32,000 nt of DNA, taken from assembly GCF_000008465.1 (NCBI RefSeq), contig NC_006512.1, forward strand, positions 1,170,001-1,202,000, written 5' to 3'. Source of the stretch: Idiomarina loihiensis L2TR (GTDB lineage Bacteria; Pseudomonadota; Gammaproteobacteria; Enterobacterales; Alteromonadaceae). Under the pieces are notes generated by a model, which ran no database searches, was not told the DNA's origin, and saw only the letters and a program-made list of their open reading frames with translations. Below are positions 9,884-18,971 of the stretch, piece after piece (the first letter of the stretch is position 1; each line of letters opens with the position of its first letter). The position numbers and the translations under genes are program-made.

Positions 9884-10195
9884 ATGGCTTTATATTTTTC
9901 TTCGCGTCACATTCCGCAACTGTCTAACTACAGCTTTACTCAGCGAGCTATGATTTTATCCATGGCACAGGAAAAAATGCCGGTGCCACGCCGCCTCATT
10001 TGTAATATGGCTAAATTGGTGCCTATTTGTCTTATTTTCTTCTTTATTGTAGAGGTCGAAGGTTGGTGGAAAGTTCCGGCTTTACTAGCGGCAGGTATTG
10101 GTTACCCACTATTTACACAACCCATTAATCTGAATATGTCACTGCCATACCTTGATAAAGCCATCAAACAGTTTGAGGCACAGCAGTCACAATAA
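9884..10195 (+). CDS. Hypothetical small membrane protein (103 aa)
   Basis: This ATG-started ORF is the only one filling the 384-bp galU/rssB spacer. It has two hydrophobic segments (LVPICLIFFFIV and VPALLAAGIGYPLF). Its Shine-Dalgarno is weak. Its 3' end overlaps the 3' end of the convergent rssB-like gene by 32 nt. Confidence 0.4.
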   Translation: MALYFSSRHIPQLSNYSFTQRAMILSMAQEKMPVPRRLICNMAKLVPICLIFFFIVEVEGWWKVPALLAAGIGYPLFTQPINLNMSLPYLDKAIKQFEAQQSQ

Positions 10196-11159
10196 GCTCT
10201 GTGTTCTCGTACCCGCAATGCAACTTATGTAAATGTTCTATGCGGTGCTCACGAAAATTGGCGTGCTGCCAGATACCTAACGCTAAGTCGGGCTTTGCTC
10301 CCGGCTCTGGCTCAAATTTATCTCCAGCCTGAGCCCATAACCAACTATGCTTAGTCGTATCCACAATGCCTACCAGAGCATCAAAAGCGGTTCTCACCTG
10401 TGAATGACAAAGCTCGTGGTTCAAGTGCTGTAATAACAACCCGGGCGCTAGCAAGGTATTATCATGGCCTGACAGATGCTGACGGATAAGCGGATCAATA
10501 AGAGTTTTCAATACCAGTAAAGGCAGTAAGTTCTGCTCCGTTGCATTTTGCGCAGCAGCCATAATGACTAAAACCCTGCCCTCAGTTAAAGGCCGATAGT
10601 CAATCCAGATTGGAGCCTTTCCTGAGTCATTAATAGAACAGTTAAACTGGTAGCCATTAAGGTTTAATGGCCCGTCCGGCAGCAACTCCTCAACCAGCCG
10701 CCCAATGATAACGTCGTCCTGATACAAAATATCAATATGTGCGTCCAGCTCCCACACATCGTGCAGGTAAGTTTCTTCCAATTGGTAACGTTGCAGACAA
10801 TTCTCGATAGCGTTTTCAATCACACTAAGGTCTTGCACAGGTTTAACCAAATAATCCCAGGCACCAAGGCGAACCGCCTCACGGATATCGGACATCTTTT
10901 CAGACGCGGAGATGACAATAATTGGAATTTGAGTACAAACTTTAAGCAGTTGCTCAATGACTTCAAGGCCATCAATGTCGGGTAGTTTTAAATCGCACAG
11001 CACAATGTCCGGGCATTCTTCCTGACAAAGCTTAATACCTTGCTTACCATCATCAGCACAACACACATCATAACCGCTATTTACCAGATACTGTCTGACG
11101 ACAGACTGAAATACCGGATCGTCTTCAATTAATGCGATGTGTGCTCGGGGCATTGTCAC
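10164..11159 (-). CDS. rssB: RssB-like response regulator (REC domain plus PP2C-like C-terminal domain)
   Basis: The REC domain carries the acidic pocket IEDD and the phospho-acceptor in VLCDLKLPDIDG. The stretch IIVISASEKMSDIREAVRLGAWDYLVKPV closely mirrors E. coli RssB, as recalled from memory. There is a roughly 200-aa non-DNA-binding C-terminal domain, and the rssB->galU synteny is conserved. The track start at 11159 is GTG; the ATG at 11153 (MPRAHIAL) is more likely. Confidence 0.72.
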   Translation of the reverse strand: MTMPRAHIALIEDDPVFQSVVRQYLVNSGYDVCCADDGKQGIKLCQEECPDIVLCDLKLPDIDGLEVIEQLLKVCTQIPIIVISASEKMSDIREAVRLGAWDYLVKPVQDLSVIENAIENCLQRYQLEETYLHDVWELDAHIDILYQDDVIIGRLVEELLPDGPLNLNGYQFNCSINDSGKAPIWIDYRPLTEGRVLVIMAAAQNATEQNLLPLLVLKTLIDPLIRQHLSGHDNTLLAPGLLLQHLNHELCHSQVRTAFDALVGIVDTTKHSWLWAQAGDKFEPEPGAKPDLALGIWQHANFREHRIEHLHKLHCGYENTELIVTAVPQTV

Positions 11160-11226
11160 TTCTTAGTTATGACTCATGCCCTAAGCATTGTTCAGGAATG
11201 GTTAATCGTCAATAAGACTCGTCGAC

Positions 11227-11973
11227 TCATTCGTCGTAATCATCGAAGTCTTCGTCGAAGTCATCGTCAAAGTCATCAAAGTTTTCTTCTTCAATCGGCG
11301 GGTTACCATCAAACACTTGATCCTGCCAGCGCTGATAATAAACGTCTTTAACAAAAGAGTAAGGGTCCAGGGAGTTTTCCAGTACTTGCTCCTGATCACG
11401 CAAGCGCAGACGCAGTTCCAGCCCTTTTATGGCGTAACGAGCCAAATCTACCGGCCAACTTAACAACGGGTATGGAAAATATTGACCATCGGCATAGTCG
11501 CCCCCCCGGTCTACTACAACGGTTGGGCCCAAAAGCGGCAACATTAAATAAGGGCCTTCCGGCACGCCCCAGACCGCTAAGGTCTGACCGAAACTTTCTT
11601 CGCGCTTGGTAAGACCCATAGGAGTTGCCACATCGAACAGACCGACTAAACCCACGGTGGAGTTGACAACAAAACGCCCCAGTGAAATGCCAGCATCGGC
11701 AACTTTCCATTGCAGCAAGTTATTCACAAAAGATGAAGGTTCATCAAGGTTCTCGACTGCATTGTATAATGAGTTTCGAATTGGCTGAGGAACATATTCA
11801 TAGGTTTCAGCGGCAGGTTTTAACACCGCCTTATCAACATCACGGTTAAACTCCCACATATCGCGGTTAAAATCTTCAAACGGGTCACGTGGGTCGGCAT
11901 AAGGGTCTTCAGGTGTCGATGAACACCCGACCATAAACAGGGAAAGTAGTATTAAAAAACCATATTTTTTCAT
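11227..11973 (-). CDS. mlaA: Outer-membrane lipoprotein MlaA/VacJ with an acidic C-terminal tail
   Basis: 248 aa. It has a lipobox LFMVGC and MlaA-like core motifs (DPFEDFNR, NNLLQ, VNSTVGLVGLFDVA). Its ATG overlaps the ccmI stop as ATGA. Confidence 0.85.
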   Translation of the reverse strand: MKKYGFLILLSLFMVGCSSTPEDPYADPRDPFEDFNRDMWEFNRDVDKAVLKPAAETYEYVPQPIRNSLYNAVENLDEPSSFVNNLLQWKVADAGISLGRFVVNSTVGLVGLFDVATPMGLTKREESFGQTLAVWGVPEGPYLMLPLLGPTVVVDRGGDYADGQYFPYPLLSWPVDLARYAIKGLELRLRLRDQEQVLENSLDPYSFVKDVYYQRWQDQVFDGNPPIEEENFDDFDDDFDEDFDDYDE

Positions 11974-13178
11974 TCGTCAATCCGGGTCGATAAAGTCAAA
12001 GTTAATTCGGTTGAACCGTCAGCTTGTATAGCGACAGTCTCAGCTTCCAGATCACCCATCTGGCGATCGATTTTTTCATCCTGCGAAATACGTGCATGCA
12101 CCAGCCACTCGTCAAGGTCACTCAACTTATAATCCGGTAACATGGCATTACTATTCGACAAGGTCACAGTCATAGGAAACTCACTCACGGGCTGCCGGAC
12201 AACCGCCGCAGGCATAGGCTGTTCTGAGCCTGTAACGTAAACAAAAACTGTACCTTCAGCAGGCAAGTAACGACGCATTTCATCACTTAGCTTAACAGTA
12301 ACCTTTAGCTCAACTTCAGATTTTTCCTGCTGGCTCTTTGCATTTTCCAGCGCGTTAACAACTGCCTGATACCTACTGGAATTTTCTGGTAAACGCTGTT
12401 TTAATAATTGCCATGCATTAATAGCCTGTTCCCAGTCCTGACGCTCGAAGGCCACAAAACCCAGTAATGATAAAGCTTCGATATTGTCGGGCTCCTGTTG
12501 CAGCGCATGGGCTAGCATACGAGCCGCTTTAGGCTGCCCGCCTTCCGTTCCGGACATTAATAAAAACCGGCTGTAACTGACTAAGGTGTTCACTCTGTCA
12601 GGCTCAAGTTCCAGAGCCTTCTGAAAAGCTTCATCGGCGTCTTCACCTGCTCCCAGATCAACCATTAACCCAGCATAAATCCACCAGGCAACCGCGTCAT
12701 CCGGTTCCCGCATCAGCTTTTGCCGTAAACCCAACGCAAAGGTATTTAAGTCTTCGCGGCTGGCTTGCTGGTTTTGTTGCTGCAACAATCTTTTCCCCAG
12801 CTCAGGTAACTGCTCGCGTGCATCTTCAGCCTGCAATTGTAACTGCCAACTGCCAAATGCCCAATAAAGGCCTGAGGATATAACCACCAAAAGTATTACC
12901 GGCACAATCACAGGTGCTCTTTGCCAGTTAACGCTTTCTTCAACATCCTGACTGTCATTCAAAAAGGTTTTATCCAGCTCCTGCTTTGCATGCTGATAAT
13001 CTTCTTCCGGAAGCCCGTGCTGAGAGCGCTCTTCTTTAAGCTCTGACAAACGTTGTTCGTACCAGCGTTGATTTTCATCCTGACGTTTCTGATAACGTCT
13101 TTGCTTTCCTGTAGCAAGAAATACGAACACCACTGCAACGAGCAACATCAACAACATTAGTAACCATAAACTACTCAT
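11970..13178 (-). CDS. ccmI: Cytochrome c-type biogenesis protein CcmI (TPR protein)
   Basis: 402 aa with two N-terminal TM segments followed by TPR-like repeats. It is the last gene of the ccm string and overlaps ccmH by 8 nt. Confidence 0.8.
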   Translation of the reverse strand: MSSLWLLMLLMLLVAVVFVFLATGKQRRYQKRQDENQRWYEQRLSELKEERSQHGLPEEDYQHAKQELDKTFLNDSQDVEESVNWQRAPVIVPVILLVVISSGLYWAFGSWQLQLQAEDAREQLPELGKRLLQQQNQQASREDLNTFALGLRQKLMREPDDAVAWWIYAGLMVDLGAGEDADEAFQKALELEPDRVNTLVSYSRFLLMSGTEGGQPKAARMLAHALQQEPDNIEALSLLGFVAFERQDWEQAINAWQLLKQRLPENSSRYQAVVNALENAKSQQEKSEVELKVTVKLSDEMRRYLPAEGTVFVYVTGSEQPMPAAVVRQPVSEFPMTVTLSNSNAMLPDYKLSDLDEWLVHARISQDEKIDRQMGDLEAETVAIQADGSTELTLTLSTRIDE

Positions 13179-13632
13179 CGCCCGACTTCCTCAATTGCTG
13201 TAAACGCTCTCGTTCTTGTGGTGTTAATTCAACCGCCGCTTTTTTCTTGCGAGTCAAGCCAATGGCTACACCAATGCCAATAACAACTATCAGTAAAGGG
13301 CCCCACCAAAGAATACTGGTAGCCGTTGTAAAAGGTGGCTGGTAATGCACAAAATCGCCATAGCGGGCGACCATAAACTGAATAATTTCTTCGCGTGACT
13401 TGCCCTCTTTTAACATCTGATAGCTACGATCACGCATATCTTCTGCCAGAGGCGCATTAGAATCGGCAATATTTTGATTCTGGCACTTGGGGCAACGTAA
13501 CTCCTTGGTTAACTGCTGGTAGGTTGCACGCTGTTGTTCGCTGTCAAACTGGTAATTGTTCTCATTTTCTGCTGATGCCGTGGAAGTCAATACAAACACT
13601 GCGACAAAAGCTAATAGCAATGAACGGATCAT
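13171..13632 (-). CDS. ccmH: Cytochrome c-type biogenesis protein CcmH
   Basis: 153 aa with a signal peptide, the LRCPKCQNQ CXXC motif and a C-terminal TM segment. Confidence 0.9.
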   Translation of the reverse strand: MIRSLLLAFVAVFVLTSTASAENENNYQFDSEQQRATYQQLTKELRCPKCQNQNIADSNAPLAEDMRDRSYQMLKEGKSREEIIQFMVARYGDFVHYQPPFTTATSILWWGPLLIVVIGIGVAIGLTRKKKAAVELTPQERERLQQLRKSGDE

Positions 13633-14222
13633 TCGGCCTCCTCCAGCAATTGCTGGTAAATGCCTTGCAGTTGATTCGACCAGTTGCGTTCATTAACGTC
13701 ACCCACATGGCGATAACGAATCACGCCCTTGTGGTCAATAAAATAGGTTTCTGGGGCACCGTAAACACCAAATTCAAACGCAACCTCGCCCTGCGGGTCA
13801 AATAAATTCACCGTGTAAGGGTCACCCAGTGTATTTAGCCAGTTAACGGCTTTTTCCCGGGAGTCGTCTTTATAGTTAAGGCCGACAATTGGTACACCTC
13901 TTGAGGCTAGCTCATTGAGAAACTCGTGCTCAGCGCGACAGGTTGGGCACCAGGTAGCCCAAACGTTAAGCAGCAAAGGGCCCTCGTGTAACACTGACTG
14001 GTCGTAAGTCACCTCGGTGTCATAAAGATCACTCACTTCAAACTGTGGCACCGGCTCATCAATTAACGCCGAATTCAGCTCGGTTGGGTCGCTTCCAAGG
14101 CCTTTAAGTAAAAAGCCCACCAAGCCGATGAATAAAACCAGCGGACCAAATAAGATAAACCAGCGAAACTTAGTCATTGGCCATCTCCTTTTTGCCACGC
14201 TTACGATAACGTTTATCAGCAA
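13629..14222 (-). CDS. ccmG: Thiol:disulfide interchange protein CcmG/DsbE
   Basis: It has the thioredoxin motif WATWCPTC and GVYGAPETY. The probable true start is the ATG at 14177 ([10 protein letters not shown]), which overlaps the ccmF stop by 8 nt. Confidence 0.92.
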   Translation of the reverse strand: MLINVIVSVAKRRWPMTKFRWFILFGPLVLFIGLVGFLLKGLGSDPTELNSALIDEPVPQFEVSDLYDTEVTYDQSVLHEGPLLLNVWATWCPTCRAEHEFLNELASRGVPIVGLNYKDDSREKAVNWLNTLGDPYTVNLFDPQGEVAFEFGVYGAPETYFIDHKGVIRYRHVGDVNERNWSNQLQGIYQQLLEEAE

Positions 14223-16125
14223 ATGCCATAGCGCCGCCTATTGCCATGATAATAGCGCCCAGCCAAACCCAGCGGACAAAGGGCTTGATATAGAAACGAA
14301 TGGCCCAGGTTTCATCATCCAGCGGCTCGCCCATAGCAATATAGATATCGCGTAACAAACTCGCATCGAGCCCAACTTCGGTCATACTGGTGCGTTGTAC
14401 CCGGTAAAAACGTTTCTCGCTGGTTAACTGCGTTACTTCCTGCCCGTCTTTGTAGACAGTAAATACTCCCTGATCGGCATCGTAGTTAGGTCCTTCCCTA
14501 TGCTGCAGGCTTTCGAACACAACGTTATAACCGATAACATCAACCGATTGCCCCGGCGCAAGCGCAATATCGCGCTCCTGCTCATAGTTTGAAACCAGGG
14601 TGATGCCGATAAGCGTTACGGCAAAACCTAAATGCCCCAGAACCATTCCCCAATGACTACCTGAAATTTTGGTCAGCCCGGCCCAACCCTGCTTGCGTTG
14701 TTTTACCGTTTGCTGGACTTCGGTCAGTGTAGCCAGAGCCACCCAGAACGCCAGAAACAGCGCAATAACCACCAACGCGGGTAATTCGTCGGCCCAAATC
14801 TTCGGCAGCGTGTAGGCCAGAATCAGCGCCAAAGAAAGTGCTAAGGCCAGCGGTTTCAGAAGTGGTTGCATAGCTTGTCTGCGCCAGCGCATTAAGGGTC
14901 CAAGACCCAGCATTAATGCAAATGGAATAACCAGCCAGCTATACAGCTCATTAAAGAAAGGTGCCCCAATAGAAATGGTACCCAGACCAATTTCTTTATG
15001 AACCAGAGGTAGCATGGTGCCCAGAAACACAACTATCATAGCCGCCATTAACAAGACATTGTTACCCAGCAGCATCACTTCTCGTGAAAGCAGTTCATAA
15101 CGGCTGTAACTTTGCATCTTTCCGGCGCGCAGGCCGTAAAGAATAAGCGAACCGCCGACAACCAGCCCCAGCAGTATCAGAATAAACAAGCCTCGGGCGG
15201 GGTCGGTTGCAAACGCATGCACTGACACTAAAACGCCGGAACGTACCAAAAAGGTGCCTAATAAGCTCAAACTGAAAGCGGATATAGCCAGCAATACCGT
15301 CCAGGACTTAAAGCTGCCACGTTTTTCAGTTACGGCAAGTGAGTGCAGTAATGCCGTTCCTACCAGCCATGGCATAAAGCTCGCATTTTCAACTGGGTCC
15401 CAGAACCACCAGCCACCCCAGCCAAGTTCGTAATATGCCCACCAGCTACCAATGGCAATACCCAGTGTCAGAAAAATCCATGCTGCGAGAGTCCAGGGAC
15501 GAGACCAACGAGCCCAGGCTGCATCAAGCTTGCCTGACATTAAAGCGGCAATAGCAAAAGCAAAAGCAACAGAGAAACCGACGTAGCCCATATACAGCAA
15601 TGGCGGATGAATGATCATTCCCGGGTCTTGCAGCAGCGGATTGAGATCGCGACCGTCAACAGGAATGAGAGGCAAACTGGGATCAAAGGGGTTCGAAACC
15701 GTTAGCATAAACAAATAGAAGCCAATGCTGACCAGCCCCAGAATGGCAAGCACCCGGGCTATCATCGGCAATGGCATAGAGCGGGAAAATATCGCAACTG
15801 CGGCTATCCAGCCTGCCTGCATTAGCATCCAGAGAAGAAAAGAGCCCTCATGTGACCCCCACACCGCGGTAACCCGATACGCAACCGGTAGCTGACTATT
15901 CGAGTTTGCCGCAACATAAGCAATACTAAAGTCGTTACTGACAAAGCCCCAGACTAATAAAGCAAAAGCGATAGCGGTAAAGAAAAACTGGCCATAGGCA
16001 AACGGCCGGGCTAAAGCCATCATGCCGCCGTTTCCTTTCGCCGCTCCCCATAAAGGATAAACCGCCAGTAATACAGAAAAGGCCAGCGCAATCGCTATGG
16101 CAAGATGTCCTGCTTCAGCAATCAT
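14170..16125 (-). CDS. ccmF: Cytochrome c heme lyase subunit CcmF
   Basis: 651-aa polytopic membrane protein with the WWD motif [12 protein letters not shown]. Confidence 0.95.
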   Translation of the reverse strand: MIAEAGHLAIAIALAFSVLLAVYPLWGAAKGNGGMMALARPFAYGQFFFTAIAFALLVWGFVSNDFSIAYVAANSNSQLPVAYRVTAVWGSHEGSFLLWMLMQAGWIAAVAIFSRSMPLPMIARVLAILGLVSIGFYLFMLTVSNPFDPSLPLIPVDGRDLNPLLQDPGMIIHPPLLYMGYVGFSVAFAFAIAALMSGKLDAAWARWSRPWTLAAWIFLTLGIAIGSWWAYYELGWGGWWFWDPVENASFMPWLVGTALLHSLAVTEKRGSFKSWTVLLAISAFSLSLLGTFLVRSGVLVSVHAFATDPARGLFILILLGLVVGGSLILYGLRAGKMQSYSRYELLSREVMLLGNNVLLMAAMIVVFLGTMLPLVHKEIGLGTISIGAPFFNELYSWLVIPFALMLGLGPLMRWRRQAMQPLLKPLALALSLALILAYTLPKIWADELPALVVIALFLAFWVALATLTEVQQTVKQRKQGWAGLTKISGSHWGMVLGHLGFAVTLIGITLVSNYEQERDIALAPGQSVDVIGYNVVFESLQHREGPNYDADQGVFTVYKDGQEVTQLTSEKRFYRVQRTSMTEVGLDASLLRDIYIAMGEPLDDETWAIRFYIKPFVRWVWLGAIIMAIGGAMAFADKRYRKRGKKEMAND

Positions 16126-16604
16126 TGCCCTTCACCTTTTTCAACTGTATTTGGGTTTACATGTTTGATGCCTTTCATCTGCTCTGCCAGTTCCGGCGGC
16201 ATATATTCTTCGTCGTGCTTGGCCAAAACTTCACTGGCTTTTAACACGGTAGGTTCAATCAGTTCTCCCTGAGCAACAATACCTTGTCCCTCGCGGAATA
16301 AATCCGGCAAAATCCCCTGATATAACACAGTGACTTCGGGGCCAATGTCTGTAATTTTAAAGGAAACTTCTAAAGTTTCGCGGTCACGCTCTACCGAACC
16401 TTCAACCACCATACCGCCAACTCGCATCCGCTGGCCAACCTGAGGTTTTTGTTTATCCTTGCCCTTGCCTTCAACCAGTTCCGTCGGTGTATAAAACAGA
16501 TCGATGCTTTGACTCAATGCATACAGCATCAGTCCCGTTGCTACCGAAACCCCAATCACTAAAATAGCGACCCAGGTTAAGCGTTGTTTACGTCTTGGGT
16601 TCAT
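16122..16604 (-). CDS. ccmE: Heme chaperone CcmE
   Basis: 160 aa with an N-terminal anchor, an OB fold and the heme-binding [12 protein letters not shown] motif. Confidence 0.95.
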   Translation of the reverse strand: MNPRRKQRLTWVAILVIGVSVATGLMLYALSQSIDLFYTPTELVEGKGKDKQKPQVGQRMRVGGMVVEGSVERDRETLEVSFKITDIGPEVTVLYQGILPDLFREGQGIVAQGELIEPTVLKASEVLAKHDEEYMPPELAEQMKGIKHVNPNTVEKGEGQ

Positions 16605-16818
16605 TACCGTCTCCTACTGCTGCACGGTTGGCTGTGCGTCTGGCTAAGCGCTGTTGACGCTGTTGTAACTGCCGGCTTTTCTTAACCAACTGTCGTTTTG
16701 CCAATAAAGTTTCTAAAGCAACTCCGGCAAGAACAACAAAACTTAAAAAGAATGACAACCAGACATAAAGTCCGTACCCACCCATAGCAACGAAGTCAGT
16801 AAAACTGTCAAAAGCCAT
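16588..16818 (-). CDS. ccmD: Heme exporter protein CcmD
   Basis: 76-aa single-TM protein between ccmC and ccmE. Its start overlaps the ccmC stop (TAATG). Confidence 0.8.
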   Translation of the reverse strand: MAFDSFTDFVAMGGYGLYVWLSFFLSFVVLAGVALETLLAKRQLVKKSRQLQQRQQRLARRTANRAAVGDGNEPKT

Positions 16819-17555
16819 TAGTCTTGCTCCAGTCGTTGCTGTGCCCAGGTGCGGTGTAATTCGTGTCTTAGTATCTCATTTTTTAACCGCATCATCACCA
16901 AGGATACGGTTAAAAACGCGAAACCGGCCAAACAGATTAATAACGGAATTAGCATACTGGCCGCTATTGAAGGCCGTTCAAACTTGGTAATGGTCGCGCC
17001 CTGATGCAGAGTGTTCCACCATTCCACCGAAAAATGGATGATGGGCAAATTGATAACACCCACTAAAGATAAAATAGCCGCAGCCTTGGCACCGGTTCTG
17101 GCGTCATCGAAAGCAAAATACAAGGCCATAACGCCGACATAAAGAAACAACAAAATCAGTTCAGAGGTCAGCCGTGCATCCCATACCCACCAGGTTCCCC
17201 ACATGGGTTTTCCCCAAATAGCCCCGGTTAACAAAGCAACAACTGTGAGTGCCGCACCAACCGGCGCAATTGCCGGAATAGCCCACTCTGCGGTCTTAAT
17301 CTGCCAAATGAGTGCAATGCCTCCCATGATGGCCATACCCATATAAGCGCCCATAGAAAAAATCGCTGCAGGCACATGCAGGAAAATAATTCGGTAACTG
17401 TCACCTTGCTGATAATCTCCCGGAGCAAATGCCAGCCCCCAAATTACGCCGGTAATAAGAGTTACAAGCGTTAATGCCACAAACCATGGCAGCAGCTTTT
17501 GCAACAGGTTATAAGTTGCTTCGGGTTTTGCGTACGGATGTAACCATCGCCACAT
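16818..17555 (-). CDS. ccmC: Heme exporter protein CcmC
   Basis: 245 aa with the WWD motif WGTWWVWDARLT. Confidence 0.95.
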   Translation of the reverse strand: MWRWLHPYAKPEATYNLLQKLLPWFVALTLVTLITGVIWGLAFAPGDYQQGDSYRIIFLHVPAAIFSMGAYMGMAIMGGIALIWQIKTAEWAIPAIAPVGAALTVVALLTGAIWGKPMWGTWWVWDARLTSELILLFLYVGVMALYFAFDDARTGAKAAAILSLVGVINLPIIHFSVEWWNTLHQGATITKFERPSIAASMLIPLLICLAGFAFLTVSLVMMRLKNEILRHELHRTWAQQRLEQD

Positions 17556-17556
17556 A

Positions 17557-18240
17557 TCAATTCACACTCATTCTAATGCCAGCTGCTACAGCCAGCGGAG
17601 CCAATGTTACGGTTAAAACTGAAATTGCCGCCAGTATCGCTAACTGACCATGAACTGCAAGCCCCATTGAGGCATTTTCGACTGCCGCCGTGGCAAATAT
17701 CAATAAGGGAATAAAAAGCGGAATTAAAATTAAACTGACCAGCGAACTTCCGCGCTGAACCTGCAAAGTTAACGCTGCACCAATAGCTCCCAACGCACTT
17801 AATGCCGGAGTTCCCAGCAACAAAGTCAACGCCAGTGCCCACCAACCCTGCAACGGTAAACTCAGCAACAAAGCCAGAACGGGTGACAGAATAACCAGCG
17901 GTAAACCACTTAACAGCCAATGCGCTGTCATTTTCGCCGTAACCGTAAAGGCCAGAGGCTGCGGCAATAAACACAGCTGTTCCAGGGTGCCGTCCTGAAA
18001 ATCATCGCGAAACAAGCGTTCCAGCCCCAGCAAACTGGCGAGTAAAGCGGCTACCCAAATAATTCCGGGGGCAATACGAGCCAGAATATCAGGACCGGGA
18101 CCAATGCCTAGCGGAAACAACGTCACGACCATTAATAAAAAGAGCAGAGGGTTTAAGGCATCGCTGCGTCGCCTTGCGGCTATTCGCAAGTCCCGCTTCA
18201 GCAGGGTTAACCAGGTTTGTCTATTCGAAAGCTGACTCAT
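17557..18240 (-). CDS. ccmB: Heme exporter permease CcmB
   Basis: 227-aa polytopic membrane protein between ccmA and ccmC. It shows an ATGA overlap with ccmA. Confidence 0.92.
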   Translation of the reverse strand: MSQLSNRQTWLTLLKRDLRIAARRRSDALNPLLFLLMVVTLFPLGIGPGPDILARIAPGIIWVAALLASLLGLERLFRDDFQDGTLEQLCLLPQPLAFTVTAKMTAHWLLSGLPLVILSPVLALLLSLPLQGWWALALTLLLGTPALSALGAIGAALTLQVQRGSSLVSLILIPLFIPLLIFATAAVENASMGLAVHGQLAILAAISVLTVTLAPLAVAAGIRMSVN

Positions 18241-18893
18241 AGCACCTCACCCCGGTATTCCAGAGACAGTTTTTCGGGCGTTAAACCTGACAAAGTCAGC
18301 GACTGATGCGAGGTAAAAATAATGGTGCCGCCTGCATCTAAGTGCTCGACAAAGCGTTGTTGTAATAAAGCTATTCCCTGTACATCCAAAGCGGTAAAGG
18401 GCTCGTCTAATATCCATAGCGAAGCCTGCGTCGCCCATAATCGAGTTAATGCAACTCGTCGTTGCTGGCCGGCAGACAGTCGCGTGGTTAATTCATCTTC
18501 TAACCCCAGCAGTCCGAGCTTCTCGAGCAAATCCCAGGCATCCACGTCTTGCACCGAGGATAACTGTTGCTGCCAGTGAAAGTTTTCCAGCGCACTTAGC
18601 TCGCCTTTAACCGCGGCTTTGTGGCCAATAAACAGTAACTGCTGACAGTATTCCGACCAGTTCTGATTCAGCGGCTGACCGTCAAAAGAAACAACACCGT
18701 CGGAGGGCTCCAGCAATCCGGTAAGAATTCGCAGTAACGACGATTTTCCGGCACCATTAGGCCCGCTAACCTGCCATAACTGACCAGCGCTCACGGAAAA
18801 GTCGAGATTTTCAAATAATACCCGCCCTCCACGGATTGAGCTTAGCTGCTCTGCGTGCAATAGTGGGCTGTTGGTGGAAGCAACTTGTGTCAT
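18237..18893 (-). CDS. ccmA: Cytochrome c biogenesis ABC ATPase CcmA
   Basis: 218 aa with Walker A GPNGAGKSS, ABC signature LSAGQQRR and Walker B LWILDEP. Confidence 0.92.
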   Translation of the reverse strand: MTQVASTNSPLLHAEQLSSIRGGRVLFENLDFSVSAGQLWQVSGPNGAGKSSLLRILTGLLEPSDGVVSFDGQPLNQNWSEYCQQLLFIGHKAAVKGELSALENFHWQQQLSSVQDVDAWDLLEKLGLLGLEDELTTRLSAGQQRRVALTRLWATQASLWILDEPFTALDVQGIALLQQRFVEHLDAGGTIIFTSHQSLTLSGLTPEKLSLEYRGEVL

Positions 18894-18971
18894 GCGGATT
18901 TTACAACCGGAACCTTACTGGTAAGCTGACGCAAATGCCCAAGATTCTACCATAAAAATTAGGTAAAGCGC

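Noticed and set aside
17573-17974. A 133-aa minus-strand ORF in an alternative frame of ccmB. The 104-aa ORF at 11396-11710 inside mlaA and the 66-aa ORF at 17228-17428 inside ccmC are similar.
   Set aside because: These are off-frame readings of Leu/Ala-rich membrane-protein genes (Gly/Ser/Cys-rich products). There is no independent evidence for them.
18914-18934. A sigma54-like element CTGGTAAGCTGACGCAA (GG...GC) and a short inverted repeat CTTAC-TG-GTAAG upstream of the FliK-like gene. I also looked for a sigma28 (TAAAGTTT-N11-GCCGATAA) match around GCCCAAGA.
   Set aside because: The GG-to-GC spacing is one nucleotide shorter than the strict sigma54 consensus, and the flanking bases match poorly. 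The sigma28 -35 does not align at the required spacing. The inverted repeat has only 5-bp arms.
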